Shown here one piece after another: positions 13,861 through 26,650 of a stretch of DNA of 64,000 nucleotides. Source of the stretch: Octopus bimaculoides (taxonomy: Eukaryota). Below the pieces are notes generated by a model. That model saw only the letters and a list, made by a program, of their open reading frames with translations. It was not told the DNA's origin and searched no databases. Position 1 is the first letter of the stretch; every line of letters starts with the position of its first letter. The stretch lies in the NCBI RefSeq assembly GCF_001194135.2, contig NC_068986.1:77884499-77948498 (forward strand), given 5' to 3'. The position numbers and the translations under genes were made by a program.

Positions 13861-14083
13861 TCGCTTGCCTTAATAAGTCTTCCAAGCTGAGTTTCGTGTC
13901 CAATGAAGGAGACGGCGTTGGCACGGGTGCCAGTCGTCGAATTTAGTTCGATTTCACATGCCTCAATAAGTCTTCACAAGCGGAATTTAGTGTCCAATGT
14001 AGGAAAGGTACGCATAACTGGGCTGGCTACACCCCTGGCAGAGACCTTGGATTTAGGTCTCACTGAGTAACCAGTTGCATGTA

Positions 14084-14136
<53 letters not shown>

Positions 14137-14287
14137 CATGTATCTGAAAAAGAAGCACACTCTAAAACATAAAGCAGTAATGCATTTATAAGTAGTGGAG
14201 TCCACGTCCAGTCATAGAGTAACCAATGATTTCACGCCCACAAAAGCCTTAGCCAGAGGGGACATGAGTTACTTTTGTTTTCAGCTT

Positions 14288-14352
14288 TAGAGTCTGATGA
14301 GGCATTCACAGAGCTAATGACTTTGTGGATGTGAAACCATTGGTCTACTCTA
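14288..14352 (+). ncRNA. Type I hammerhead ribozyme motif, near-intact
   Basis: Stem I TAGAGT/ACTCTA; core CTGATGA (14294-14300); 12-bp stem II GCATTCACAGAG/CTTTGTGGATGT; GAAA; stem III ACC-ATT-GGT; GTC site followed by one extra T. Confidence 0.75.
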
Positions 14353-14382
14353 TGACCGAACTTAGATTCAACTACTTATATA

Positions 14383-14436
<54 letters not shown>

Positions 14437-14572
14437 TATCTTGCTATGACATTGCAATACTAATAACTTGGAGTAGAACTAAATGCACATATGCTTCAGA
14501 CTAGTGGAGTACAGAATGGTAATAAGAAATTAAGATGACATAGGAATAAACAATTATCTTATTAACTTCATT

Positions 14573-14653
14573 AGCTTACAGCTGTTTCTGCAATATGAAG
14601 CAGTTGACTCATAGTTGAGTGTCTGAGTATCACATTATAGCTTCATCAGAGCT
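14573..14653 (-). ncRNA. Minimal PLE-type hammerhead motif with palindromic stem III
   Basis: Minus strand AGCT-CTGATGA-A-GC...GC-A-GAAAC-AGCT-GTA-AGCT. Stem I AGCT/AGCT, palindrome ACAGCTGT, GTA cleavage triplet. The stem II closing pair is A/A. Confidence 0.7.
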
Positions 14654-14748
14654 TCAAGCATTGAGTCCACTGCATCATATATATATGAAGTTAAATGAAG
14701 AGTAGGAAGTTAATAATTATTTATTATTGACAAATTGGTCATCTTTAC

Positions 14749-14844
14749 TTCTTACAGCCATTTCAGTTAATACTGAATAATTTAATTACAAATCTGTGCA
14801 TTAAATTTACATTTATGCAACATGAGCATAATTTCATCAGAGAA
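14749..14844 (-). ncRNA. Degenerate minimal hammerhead motif (tandem partner)
   Basis: Minus strand TTCT-CTGATGA-(long stem II)-GAAAT-GGCT-GTA-AGAA. Stem I TTCT/AGAA is intact; stem III has two substitutions relative to GAAAC-AGCT-GTA. Confidence 0.55.
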
Positions 14845-15753
14845 AAAGATATACCTTGAGTCTGCTGAAATGAACTGATAGGTTGGCATGTTACATCTCA
14901 AGGAAGACGATATATATATGTATATATATACATATATATATTTGAATCCTTGTGACTTAGTCGTTTAGCAAAGGCATAGGATAAGTACCAGATATATAAA
15001 AAATTGTGATGAGATATTGTTCCATTTGTTTTGTCTCTAGAGTGGCTGAGTTCCTTTTGAGCATTGGGCCTCACAAAGGAAATGACAAAGATCTTTGGCT
15101 TTATGTCATGCTTGAGAAGAAGACCCATCAAGCCAAGCAATTTTGCAGTCATGGCAGATACTGGTGTCACACAAATGGCCACCATGCCGGTAACACATAA
15201 AAGTATCCATTACACTCTCTATGCAGTTGGCATTATGAAGTGCATCCAGCTGTAGAAAACCATGTCAAATGTGACTGGAGTCTGGTGCAGCCTTCTAGCG
15301 TGCCAGCCCAGGCAAACCATTCGACTCAGCATGGACAACGGACATTAAATGATGATGATGGTTTTGATGACAATGTGGAATTAAATCAGAGAATGAAATA
15401 TAGTTGGTGAAATATTAAATATTTCCTCATTTCATGATATACAAAGATATTGTATTGACTCTTGATAATGCTGACAAATTCCAGTGTCTTAATTTATTTC
15501 TAGGAATTCTATTTAGTTTGCAATGTTGCTAAGTCATAGTTTTTTAAATCATAACAGTCACTGCTTGCCACTGCCCACCCACTTTATTATTAGTATTAGG
15601 GCCAGGTCTCTGATTTGAGACTGCCTTCCTCGACTAGTTTCAAAGGCCCTGTGAAAAGATTAAGGAGCCATAGACACTGCCTTTCTCTCTCAGATTAAAA
15701 GGAAAGCAGCATAACTTAGTAGCTTTTCTCTCCTGTTGCTGCCGTTGTTATTG

Positions 15754-15799
<46 letters not shown>

Positions 15800-16735
15800 A
15801 ATAGCAATGAAAAGTGACAAATGATTAAAGACTATGCTGGGACAGATCCATCTAACCCATGCCAATATGAAAAAGAAAGATGCCAGTTGATCATGATGAA
15901 GACAACCATGATGATGAGGATGTTGAGGATACTGTAATGTTTTGTATTATTGTTAACTTATTTAAATTGTTGTAAACTACTGAACCTGAAATGGTAGGAG
16001 CTATGTGGGTTATACTGCATGTAAGTTTCATTGTGTGTCTATGGTGAGTATGTGTGACATGTGTAAAGCCAGTGATGAAGTGTATTATTTTGAATAGTCT
16101 AAATATTTTTGCAGCTTGTAACAAAAGAAATCAAGAGCTCAACTGGAATGGAAGCATTGTTTGCAAACTTGCATCAGATTATCTTTATTTGATTAAATGA
16201 TAAATGAAGTGCTGATGAGAACTCTGGGTGTTAAATCATTTCCATGTATTAATTAGGATAATGATACTTTGCTATGGAGGAGAGGATGTCAAATTAAATA
16301 AGCCAGTATTTTACATCCTGTTTCTTGGTCATGTATTTATGGTAACATCACTTGTGCTGGTGCAATGAAAAAAGTACTCTGTATATGTTTGGAAATTAGG
16401 AAGAACATCCAGTCATAGAAACTATGCCAAAACAAACATAGGAGCATGGTGCAGTTGTCAGGCCCATCAGATTCTACCCAGCAGTCCAGCCTGTATCAGG
16501 AGGAAAGATAGACATTAAAAGATGATGATGAACAATTCTTGGGTTAAATGTTTAACTGAATGATAAATGTAAAAGATTTTTTCCCTTTGAATTTAAACTG
16601 AATGCTTCTTTCTTGATCTGATTTTCAGAAAACTGTATTTATTTATTGATATTATTTTGATATACAGAGTAAAAACTTAATAGTACATAAAAAACACTGT
16701 AGGACAAGAGTTTAATGAAAAAAAAACACTCTTAC

Positions 16736-16887
16736 CTTAATACTACAATAAAACCATCAAATAAATTGAACCCGTCACTAATGTATCCAAAAAGACCATA
16801 CGCTGCAACTTTGAGCAGCATCTCAACAGCAAAAAGAAAACTGAAGACTATATTGCTGTATTCTAATGCTTGTGTCAATTCTTCTGG
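16736..16887 (-). CDS. Cav3: Cav3 exon, domain II S2-S3 ([51 protein letters not shown])
   Basis: Acceptor attttatttgcag|, donor AG|gtaaga. 152 bp, phase 0 to 2. QPEELT..LE.SNIVF...FA.EMLLK is characteristic of Cav3. Confidence 0.97.
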
Positions 16888-17599
16888 CTGCAAATAAAAT
16901 ATGAAAAGTGAGAAATAAATAACAAAAATGTAAAAGTGTATTGTGTATGTTTTATGAAAGGATAGAATCTTTGTCACATCAAAAATTAAATAATTAACAA
17001 AATTACCATTACATCAAAATTACCATTACATCAAATGAAATTACAAGTATTTCATCATAAATTAATGGATAAAGAAATCTATATTTATTTGGCACGTTCA
17101 AAATTTGCTTTATGTAAAGATCAATAAAAAGAGATTTGTGCAATTTTATGAGGACATCGTTTTATAGAAAATGTGTAGATTTTATGTTGTATTGACTCTA
17201 AGACCTCAGTGCAGAATAAAGAAAGTTTGTATAGATTGGAAGGGAATAAAATACAGGTGAATGTATAATGAGAATTTGAAGAAAATTTGGTTAAAGAAAC
17301 TGATGCAAATTAAAAGTATTGCTTCTCCTCAAAAATGAAAGGTGCTGATTACTGAGATATCGAAACTATCCAGATATGTAAGTCATGTGCTATTTAATAA
17401 TATTATTAACCATGTTGTTATTACAGTGCTATCATTAATAACTGGCAGAGCAGTGTCATTGTTAATAGCTACAAGAGCAACAAAGATTAACTGGACAGAT
17501 ACAATTACAAATGTATCAAACTGTAGTAATCTGATATGAAAGTCTCTGAGATTGCTTTTAGCAAAATGAGTTCTGAATGGATTGATCTATATAACATCC

Positions 17600-18800
17600 A
17601 CTCAGGTGGGGGAACAGCACATCCTGTATTTAGTGAAATATCTGTAAGAGAAGTTCTTTGCTAAGGAAAAACCATTTCTTTGTATCTGACAATCCTGTAG
17701 AAGCTTTGGACAGAGTCTCATATGTTGTAATCGGGTGGGTGTTAAGTGTGCATGAATAGATTATGAGTGTTATGATGTTATTAAAGAAAGTGCTATTATC
17801 AAGGCCCTAGTTAGGGGTGAGTTCAGTGAGAAATTTATTGTATACAGGGCAGTGCTCACCAGAACTCATCGTCTATTATAGCTCTTGAGTCTATAATTTA
17901 AGATTTGCATGTTGATGACCAGGTTTTTACAGAAAAATCTAGCAGAAAGTTGCAAAAATGTCTCATGGTCTAGAGTCCAATGGTCCAAAAGTCAACATGG
18001 CAAAGATCAAAGTATTCATTAATAAAACAGAGCATGACATACTACTTCCACCTGGGAAGTAGTCAAACGTGTAGGGAAAGAGTTGACAGGAACTGGATAT
18101 TGTGTACTTAGTGTTAGAAATGAATACACAAAGTATAGTAACAAAGAATTAAAACTTCAGCTGTATTAAATGCACAGAAATAGTTATCAGTAAGAAATGA
18201 AGATGATGGACAGTTTGGATAGCTAACTAGATGTAGCTGATAATTTATGTTATTTGGATGGAGGGAAAAAGTTTACTGTGTTAGGAAGGGATGGAAAAGT
18301 TCAGGGACATGTTTCATTTACTGACAATAAAGACTTGCTCTTTGGATGTGAATGGAGTGGGTATGATGTATGAAAAGATTGATACCACAGAACAGTGTGA
18401 TGTGGACATCGAATATGTAAGATCTGTACAAGCTGGAGAGACCTGTATGTATAATGGATGCTTAAAATTAATCTGCATGAAAAGTGGAGAACAGTAAGAT
18501 TAGAGAGTGACTGAACATTAAAGGTAGATGTTCAAATATGTTGCCTATACACCTATATTGGCATGGACATTTAATATATATATGGATGATTAATGTGAAA
18601 TGAAGAATTGCTCTCTGCTGTTGGTGAAATATTTGAAGAAGAGAAATAAATTCTAAGATATGGGATTATATTTAAATCTCTGAACTTTAGAGAATACATG
18701 ATGATAAATTGACAAAATGCTGTACAGCATATCTACTTAACCCAGAAGGGAAAATGAACAACAAAACACTTATAATGGTGACTATGATGACCTAGAACAA
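17600..18800 (+). mobile_element. Highly degenerate RTE LINE RT relic
   Basis: Broken AFDRV-like (gaagctttggacagagt), QGSVL-like (cagggcagtgctc), ADD-like (gttgatgac) and KVNMAK.KV (aaagtcaacatggcaaagatcaaagta) motifs in the expected order. Confidence 0.6.
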
Positions 18801-19975
18801 CTAGATGAAAGAAAGCATAGGTCTGATCATACTCAAGCTGCTTAAAGAAAACATTGAAGGAATGTCTGTGCTGAGGGGCAGTTTAAAATGTGGCTGAGAG
18901 TAAATCATGATCAACCAGTTTGGACAACAAATTGACTGTGTATAGAGTTAAATTAGAATGAATCTGTTATTTAGAACTATTAAAATTATGGAATTAAATA
19001 ATTAAATGAAAATTATTGCTGCACAAGTGATTTGTAAAGGTAAGTTTTTGACACCCACTATCAACTTTGCAAATGTAAAACAATAACTCCAAAAAATTTG
19101 ATGGGCACAGTTTGTTGTCATAGTCTCAACTACTTACTGGCAAACTCCTCACTGAACACATCTACAACATTTAGAACACTACTGCACTTCTATACTAAAG
19201 CACTCTCTTTCCAAAACATCAACAGCCTCATTATTTTTATAAATACAGATAACTAACAACTGTTGTACCTGCTTCCATTGTGCCCACCACCAACATTTAC
19301 AGGCATAGAAATAGAATTGTGGAGAGAGCATAAAATGTTTAGACTGCAGTCAAAAGCAAGATTGTATAATAAATATTGCTTCTAAGTTAATTTGTTTCGT
19401 TTCATAAATAGTAGTTGAAATTCTTGTTTAGTTTTGCGGCAAGCCCTTATGATCAAAGGCATTCTAGTCATGGTCACACCATCTTATTTTCAGGCTGCAT
19501 AGCTATAGAACCAAATTATCCAATGTACTTTTCCATTTTTTAAAATGTAAGTTGAGTGAGATTTAGCCCTTTTGTTACTATATTTCAGTTGAAATATACC
19601 AACTTTGTTTCAGTTAGTTTTAAAAATAGTGAAAAAGTTTCACAAATAACTATCACTATTAAACTGTTGTTTAGAACATAAATTAGCTGAAATTTTGGCG
19701 GAATATTTTAACTTAAATACACTTTAAAACCAAAGGTTTGTATCATGGAACCAGGGGTTGGCTTCTGGTGGGTTTGTATCAAAACAGTTTACTGTTCTTT
19801 TTAGAGAGTCTGAGTAACCACTAAGAGGTTTGAGTGTTGACTTGTTGAAACGCTGCTTTTTGATGACAATAGTGATGATTAAATTTGTGAAATTGAGTCT
19901 GTGTTGTTAATTCTAATTTTCTATTATGAATATTAATATGGACTTTACTGGGGATTAAAAGTTGACACCATTATT

Positions 19976-21150
19976 AAGGCAGTGAAGGCAGTGAGCTGGC
20001 CGAATCATTAGCAGTACAGGCAAAATGCTTAGCAGTATTTTGTCTGTCTTTATGTTCTGAGTTCAAAAGTTTTCAGTGTTGATTTTGCCTTTCATCCTTT
20101 TAGGGTTTATAAAATAAGTACTAGTTGAGCACTGGCATCGATCTAATTGACTAAGACTTCCTCTGAAATTGCTGGCCCTGCACCAAAATCTGAAATCATT
20201 ACTAAGGCAGTGAGCTGACAGAATTGTTGCCCAAAATGCTTAGCAGCATTTATTCCAGCTGTTTACATTCTGAGTTCAAATTTAACTGAGGTCAACTTGG
20301 TTTTTCCTCCTTTTGGGGATTGATAATAAAATAAGTACCATTTGAGTACTGTGGCTGATGTAACTGACATGCTCTGTTTGCTAAAATTTGCCGATGGTAT
20401 GCCAAAATTTGAAACTATTACAGGTCACATCCTTCAAAAGATAATCCTGAGTTACTCCCTCATTATCGTATATTAGAACAAGATATTTTTTCAGTTAAAG
20501 CATTATTATAATGGTTTCAAATTTTTCCAAAAGGGCAACAATTTTGGAGGAGGGGATGAGTCAATTACATCGATGCTAGTGTTCAACTGGTACTTATTTT
20601 ATTGACCCCGAAAGGATGAAAAGTAAAGTTGACCTCGGTAGAATTTGAACTCAAAACGTAACGACGGCTGAAATACCACTAAGCATTTTGTCCGGCATGC
20701 TAATGATTCTGCCACCTTATATATCATTATTATAATAAGAAGAATTGGGAGGCTGGTGCCAATGCTAAAAGATTTATTCAGTCATATTACTTTACTGTCT
20801 TGTAAGAAGTGATTTCCAATAAAAGAAAGGAATTTGTTAGTGCTGGTTTTCAATTTGAATATGGGTGAAAGTGTTTCATACCTCTGAAACAGAGGCCCCC
20901 TCATTACTTCATAAGTTCTAGTACTATATTAAGGTGGATTTAAAGATGATGAGTTGGCAGAATCGTTAGCATGCTGGGCAAAATGCTTTGCAGCATTTCA
21001 TCCATCCCTACTTTCAAATTCTGTTGAGATTGACTTTGCCTTTCATCCTTTCGGGGCTGATGAAATAAGTATCAGTTGAGCACTGGGGTTGATATAATTG
21101 ACTTACTCCTGCCCCTGAAATTGCTGGCCTTTTACCAAAGTTTTAAACCA
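19976..21150. mobile_element. Cluster of four tRNA-derived SINEs (family A) in +,+,-,+ orientation
   Basis: g(t)gagctggcagaa...aaatgcttagc...ttctgagttcaaatt...gactttgcctttcatcctttcgggg..gataaaataagtaccag units. Other copies at about 5180(-), 5410(-), 33850, 39195, 46805 and 58690. Confidence 0.88.
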
Positions 21151-24100
21151 TATTAAGGTGAATTCAATCTACTATGCTAAAGTTTTATAGAATTGCTACC
21201 AGTGAATTAAAACTGGGTGTATATGAAGAAGCACATGTCATAATGCGTAAAATATTAAAGATGAACACTTGTATTTTAGCAAAAAACAAAGTTGGAAATG
21301 TGAATGCTTTCTTTGATTGAAGTTATTTACTTTTTCCATTGCAAGCAAATCTACACAAGAGAATAATGGAAAGTGGAAAAAATAAATAAATAAAAGGAAA
21401 CAAATTTAGACACTTTTATATTATTCTCAGAAAGAAATTCCAAGAAAGTTTTGCTCACAGTTACAAAATTGTCTGGATTCATGTAGAAGTTATTTATTTT
21501 ATTTCTGTTGCGAAAAAAAAAAGCTCTAAGCATGTAAACTAGAAAAGCTACATTATGTCAACCTCTAGAATATACCATCCTTAAGTATAGTAACTTTTAT
21601 TAATAAAATGGAGAAATAAGAAAGTTGCTGCTGTTTCATCATGAAATCAGTGCTTATGACCTGGCTGATATCAGAAAGTAGAGAAAACCATTTGGTATCT
21701 GCTGTTATAATTTCTAGTTTTAAATGATATCTTTATGGATGGGAAAATGTGTGATCTTTATTCCCTTTTACTCATTTAGGTATCTCATTTCATGGACTGC
21801 AGCTATGCTGGGGTGCTAAATTGCAATGCAGTTACTGTCTACCAATTTTGTAGACAATAGCTGCATGGAATCCCATGCAGTTGGATTTGTTCAGCTGTAG
21901 GCGCAGTAATAAAAAAAATGGAAAACAGTTCAAAGTGCTGTGTAGCAGGACAGAACTCAGAACCACACAGTTGCAAAATTAACTACATAACTACACAGAC
22001 AGCTCTATGTGTTGTGTTATTTGTTTTAATATAATAAATTTAAAGCAAGCAATTATTCAAGGAATGGAAATTGTAAAAATACCATTATTACAAACTTCAC
22101 ACTGAACATAACTGTTTCTCTGAAGAATTACTTCTTTATAAACTAGTTTATTATGAAACTATTTCATGATGTCAATGGTAGAAAACAACTGTTTTACTAT
22201 TGCTATGGAATAACTATGCTATAAAGCAACTGTCTAAATATCTATAATGAAAGCATACAGAACATTCTCTTTAGAAAAATGTTCTTTAATAGAAATACAA
22301 TGAAACAGAAGATAATGATTTCCTCAAAGGAAAATATCTGGAACATTCTATGACAATAAAATTCATGTGGAACAATCCATTTACTGCAGTACAATTTAAT
22401 GGAAACAGCGTTTAATTATAACTTTCTTGAAACTTGAAGGAAAGACTTTGAAAAAGAAAAAAAGTATGAAAAAATGAAAAAAGCAAGTGAAAAAAAACAA
22501 GTTTTAATTTCCTCATTTTAGATTTCCATTCTGAGGCTGTCATTGATCCTGAAGTGATGGATTAACATATAATTTCTTTTTATTGCATTTTTATATCTAC
22601 TTTTCTATGTAACAACAAGGCATATGTTTCTGAAAATTTGATTATTTGTATAGAATCTTGGATGCTCTTCATAACACTTATTATTTAACAGTGATGTGTG
22701 TGAGTGATGTCTAATGTTGTTCATTAATTGTAGTCAATTCTGATCTATTCTAACAGGCTATGGCTTTTCTCTTTCTCTTTTTTTTTAATGGCTTACTCAT
22801 CAGAAGAAGAAGGGCAGCATTCATAGTGTCCATGATTGATAGCAAACAAGAGAAGAAGTTATCTTTAAACTGGAGACCTTGTCCAAATGCTTGCAACAAA
22901 CTGAACTGTTATGAAGATGCCCAAGGACTGGGTGGTGGTGTTAAAACACAACAGATTAAGCCTATGTTCCCAAAACAGGCTGGTCTCTCTGGCAAGCTTC
23001 CACACTAATTCTTTTTCCTTTTTTTTTTTCTTCTTACTTGTCTAGTCTGAGAGTAACCATGCCTTTTACAGGCCAACTCAGATTAGTGAATTTGAAATCA
23101 TTAATGCTTCATTAAATCCACTGCAGGTCAAGTACAAATATGGAGAAGATTCCCGAGGGTCAGTACTCTGAGGAGGAAGGATTGGGGATACTGCAAGATT
23201 GGGATATTGCAAGACTGCTTTCATTAGTTTGATGGCATTTTCAATTCCACTGAATAGAATAGGTGGCACTTCTTCCAACATTTGTATGTATATGTGTGTA
23301 TGTGCATATGTATTTTTGGATACACACACACACATGTGTATGCTTATGTCTGTATATCTATCTATCTAATTATTTATCTATTATTTAGTTTAGAAATTAA
23401 AATATTGTTTTCTCAATTATCCACAGGTGGGAGGTTGATGTCTACATATATGAAATTATAATAAGCATCTGAAGTAATTCTAGCAGGCTATTATTTGAGG
23501 AAGTAAAGAGCTGGTCTAAATATCTCTATGTAATTCTGGTGGGATTTGAACTTGAAATTTATAGGGACTAATTCCAAATAGTGTCACACATTTAATATAT
23601 TGCCATTAAGCATCACACCTGTCTACTCTGAAGTATCATTAATCCTCCTCCTTTCTTCTGTAAATATTAGGATGTTAGCTATTACTATCAGTTCATCCAC
23701 TATCAACACTATTACCATTAACACTATAGTCTCATATTTGTGGCAATCATGTTGACTTCCAGCTATTAATATTTATATAGTAACACCACATTGTCCCTAT
23801 AGTCCTTGGCACTAGTATTCATTCAATGATAACAATAATTATCTATACCACCACAACTGCTACTGCTTTAACCAGCTCCCCCACCACTAACACTCTAACA
23901 TCACAAGGCCACTGTCAACTGCTATTATCTTCCCCCATTATCAGGTGTTTCCCCAATCTCCCCATCCATCAACACCACTATCTCTTCTACTACCTCCACC
24001 AACATATCAATAATATCAGTCAATAATTGATCTTCTGACATCTCAGCATTCCATACAGTTCACTATTCTTCTTCTTTCACCTCACTAGCACTAAACCAAC

Positions 24101-25364
24101 AGCACCATCCTTATCATGGCCAACCAGAACTAAATCCCTCCACTAAATATCACAAAATTAACAGCCATGGTACAACCTCCATATTGATCGATTTCTTTAC
24201 ATAGCTACAAGAATATATTCCATCAGGAAAGACTTTTTTTTTTTGACAGTACCCTTGAATAAAATGCATCTCCCTGAGCCATTGATGGAACCTTTGTGTG
24301 GTCATTCAACCTGCTAGAAATAGTAGCCAAATCTATCTTAAATCATCCTTGCCCCGTCATCTCGTAAGAGACTTCATTTGTTCCTTGAACACTAATGATG
24401 AGAGTTACTGAGATATAAGAAGAAAAACAAACTCTTCAGTATATGAGTTAAGAACAGAACTTCCATGTGGCATTGAATCTGCTTGATATAGTGACAATGA
24501 AATTGACTTTAAATCATATCCTGTTATCTAAAACAAAAACAAAAAAAAAAGAAAAGTAACGATACATTAGATAATAGAGTCCACTGGGACTCTTTAGTAT
24601 AGTTGAAAAAAACAACAAAAAAACAAAAGAAAAACGAAAGTGAAAGATCAGCTGGTCATTGCTGGAATTCCTTTGATCATAAGTTCCACTTGATCAAACC
24701 TGACCTGGGACTAAACAACAACAACAATAACTGTAGCAGCAGCAGTAGCAACAACAACAATGAAAATGATAAACAAATCATTCTGTAAACCATCATCCAC
24801 TTTTTGTTGGAATATTTCCTCAACAGGAAGAGCTTATATAATGTCCATGTCATTTAATATTCAGTCGATAAATATCTGTATAATGGCTGTGATCACTGAA
24901 TATTCAATGCCGCTTCATTGAATAAATGATGTTATTTTTTTACCTCTTTTCTCCAGCTTTTTTTATTTTTTTATATTGATAGTACTCTTCCATTTCTCAT
25001 TTATGATCTCAGCTGGTTGTTGTTGCTGTTGTTATGGTTGAGAAATTGTGTTCTGTTGTTGTCTTTGTTTAGCACCTAACATGTCCTGATTGAACAGTCT
25101 TACAAAAAGCTTCCCTGCAATGACACCCTTGCCTATTTCTGTCTCAGGCACTACATGGTCAAATGTATCAGGGACTACTTAATTCAATGTATCGATGAAG
25201 TGACTGACACAGCATTTTATCTTTGTATGGGTCAAGAAAATAAGTATCAAATAATTTACTAAAGTCATTTTTGTCAACTGTTCCCTTTTTTTTTTCCATA
25301 ATTTGTGGCAAAAAGGTATAAATGTTACAAGTTACAACTGGTTATTACTATTATCATTATTATT

Positions 25365-26350
25365 AGGGTGGTGAGCTGGCAGAATCATTACCATGCTGGG
25401 CAAAATGCTTAGCAGCATTTCTTCTGTGTCTGTGTTCTGAGTTCCAATTTCGCTGAGGTCAACTTTGCCTTTCATCCTTTCAGGATTGATTAATCAAGTA
25501 CCAGTGAAACACTGGAGTTGATGTAATCAACTAGTCCCCTCTCCTAAAATTCCAGGCCTTGTGCCTTTAGCAAAAAGAGTTATTATCATTATTATTATTA
25601 AGGTAAGGCAATGACCTGGCACAATTGTTAGTATGCTGGAAAGAATGCTTAGTGACATTTCATCCATCTTTATGTCGTGAGTTCAAATTCCACTGAAGTT
25701 AATTTTGCCTATCATCCTCTCAGTGTTAATGAAAAAGTACCAGTTGAGCACCGAGGTCAATGTAATCAACTAGAACTCTCCCCTCAAATATTTCAGGCCT
25801 TGTGCCTATAGTAGAAAGGATTATTATTATTATTATTATTATTATCAATATTAAGGTGGTGATGGGGTAGACTCATTAGCATGCTAGACAAAATGTTTGG
25901 CAACATTTCGTCCATCTTTGTGTTCTGAGTTCAAATTCTGCTGAGATCAACTTTGCCTTTTGTCCCTTAGGGGTGAATGAAATAAGTACCAGTTAATCAC
26001 TGGGGTTGATGTCATTGATATACCCCTTCCCTAAAATTGCTGGCCTTGTACCAAAATTTGAAACCATTATTATTATTATTGAGTGAGAGAGCAGTGCATG
26101 CCATCAAAGTGACACTGGGTAAAATATACGAAGCCCATTATACCCATCATGACTACCCGTCTGATAAGAGTACACCAGGCACATGCATCACAACCATATG
26201 TGCGCAACATGGTGATCTCATATCAAAATAAATAGCGCATGACCTCGCAGGTGGGGTCCAGTTAGAATTTTGTTCAGGTTGAGTAGCCCTTCCCGCTCAA
26301 AAGGTCCCTGAATAAGGTTTGTTTAAGGATGTTAAATAAAACTACTGAAC

Positions 26351-26422
<72 letters not shown>

Positions 26423-26650
26423 GATGATAATAGTAAGGCGGTGAGCTGGCAGAAACGTTGGCACACTGGGCGACATGCTTAGTGGCATTTCGTCTGTCTT
26501 TACGTTCTGAGTTCAAATTCCGCCAAGGTCAACTTTGCCTTTCATCCTTTCAGGGGTGATAAATTAAATATCAGTTGCATACTAGGGTCGATCTAATCGA
26601 CTGACCCCCTCCCACAAAATTTCGGACCTTGTGTCTAGAGGAGAAAAGAA
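25365..26650 (+). mobile_element. Head-to-tail array of family A SINEs separated by (ATT)n/(AAT)n, with a family E repeat inside
   Basis: Copies start at about 25365, 25602, 25852 and 26435. Confidence 0.88.
26081..26340 (+). repeat. Dispersed ~250-bp repeat (family E)
   Basis: Near-identical copy at 56279-56525 (gagagagcagtgcatgccatcaaagtgacactggg...gaataaggtttgtttaagga). Confidence 0.85.

Noticed and set aside
16212-16250. Other CTGATGA hits (16212, 22797 minus, 41434, 9315)
   Set aside because: No stem II followed by GAAA, and no NUH with a complementary stem I; chance matches.
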